Origin: Candidatus Eiseniibacteriota bacterium
Lineage (GTDB): Bacteria > Eisenbacteria > RBG-16-71-46 > CAVPCR01
Reading direction: 5' to 3'
NCBI GenBank assembly: GCA_963702435.1
Contig: CAVPCR010000003.1
Coordinates: forward strand, 192,001 to 256,000
Length of the DNA: 64,000 nt
A program made the translations under genes and the position numbers. The notes beneath the pieces are model-generated. The model worked only from the letters and a program-made list of their open reading frames with translations, did no database searches and had not been told where the DNA came from. Shown piece after piece: positions 63,225-64,000 of this stretch. Numbering within the stretch: position 1 is the stretch's first letter; the number at the start of each line of letters is the position of its first letter.

Positions 63225-64000
63225 CTACTTGAGCGCCGCCGTCTGCGGCAGCCCCGCGCCGCGCGCCCGCTCGAGACGCGCCTCGGCCGCGAAGAGCGCG
63301 GCCCACGAGTCGACGAGCGCGCTCCGCGCTTCGATCAGGGAGACCTGCGCCTCGTCGAGCTCGAGGATGGTCCCGGAGCCGACCGCGTAGCGTTCCTGCG
63401 CGAGCTTCAGATTCTCTTCGGCCAGCGACACGCCCTCGGTCGCCGCGGCGATCGACTGCGTGGCCTCGCGCACGCCGAGGAGCGACTCCTTGACCTCGAG
63501 CGTGGCGGCGAGTTCGTACTGCTGAAGGCGAGACCGCTCGGCGTTCAGGTTGCCGTGCGCCGACTTGACTTGCCCCTCCGAGAAGAGCCCGTCGAAGACG
63601 TTGATGCTCACGCCGGCTCGCGCCGCTCCAGGAATCGGCGTCGGTCTCCACGTCGACCGCGTGGGGTCCAGCGCGGTCGAGGTCCCGATAGCCCATCCGT
63701 CCGTCGTGCCCCAGTTCAGGTTGCCGAAGAGCTCAGGGTAATGGCTCGCCTTGGCGGCGCCGAGCGATGCCTCGGCAGCCTTCACGCTCTCGCGCGCCGC
63801 GGCAAGGTCGGGGCGCCGGGTGAGCGCCTCGGCGACGACGACCGTCGAGTCGATCGCGGCGCGAGGGCTCGTGTCGATCGCGCGGGAGATCCTGAGCGGG
63901 GTATCGACCGGAAGACTCAGGAGCTGGTTCAGGCGGGCCCGCTCGATCTCGACCCGATTCCGGGCGGCGATCTGGTCGAGCCGCGCCTGCTGCAGATTGA
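63225..64000 (-). CDS. TolC-family outer-membrane efflux protein, C-terminal part
   Basis: ALTRRPDL, AKASHYPEL, SINVFDG, ENLKLAQERYAVGSGTILELDEAQ; continues off the window edge. Confidence 0.85.
   Translation of the reverse strand, partial: NLQQARLDQIAARNRVEIERARLNQLLSLPVDTPLRISRAIDTSPRAAIDSTVVVAEALTRRPDLAAARESVKAAEASLGAAKASHYPELFGNLNWGTTDGWAIGTSTALDPTRSTWRPTPIPGAARAGVSINVFDGLFSEGQVKSAHGNLNAERSRLQQYELAATLEVKESLLGVREATQSIAAATEGVSLAEENLKLAQERYAVGSGTILELDEAQVSLIEARSALVDSWAALFAAEARLERARGAGLPQTAALK

Overview
GC-rich bacterial window. The many secreted proteins with a FlgD-Ig-like C-terminal domain suggest an FCB-superphylum lineage such as Eisenbacteria, Krumholzibacteria or Latescibacteria (inference). 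Four blocks are visible. (1) 1-11 kb holds housekeeping and envelope genes: partial rnr, a 31-aa bS22/AURKAIP1-like ribosomal protein missing from the ORF track, HU/IHF, sppA, a candidate ~100-nt rod-shaped ncRNA, oppD/oppF-type ATPases, two outer-membrane proteins and a secreted glycoside-hydrolase-like protein. (2) 11-27.5 kb is a minus-strand run: gcvT-gcvH-gcvPA-gcvPB, two small hypotheticals, a DUF222-like HNH gene, then a tightly coupled uncharacterised operon (GlmL/MutL-like actin-fold ATPase, a barrel-sandwich/KOW-like protein, four membrane proteins) ending in a lipoate ligase. No glutamate mutase or lpdA is seen. (3) 27.7-58.6 kb is a ~31-kb plus-strand array of eight secreted proteins: a CotH kinase, five large proteins sharing a cohesin-like / Fn3-'YPEYDD' / dockerin-like / cohesin-like / CTD cassette, and two stand-alone cohesin-CTD proteins. 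(4) 58.6-64 kb holds an outer-membrane protein, uvrA, an ABC ATPase and a partial TolC. Many frameshifts, including several in uvrA, look like long-read indel errors, so several genes are reported as reconstructed spans. The two best candidates for undescribed systems are the GlmL-like ATPase membrane operon inside the gcv-lipoate locus and the cohesin/dockerin-like secreted array. All domain calls are by eye from motifs; no searches were run.
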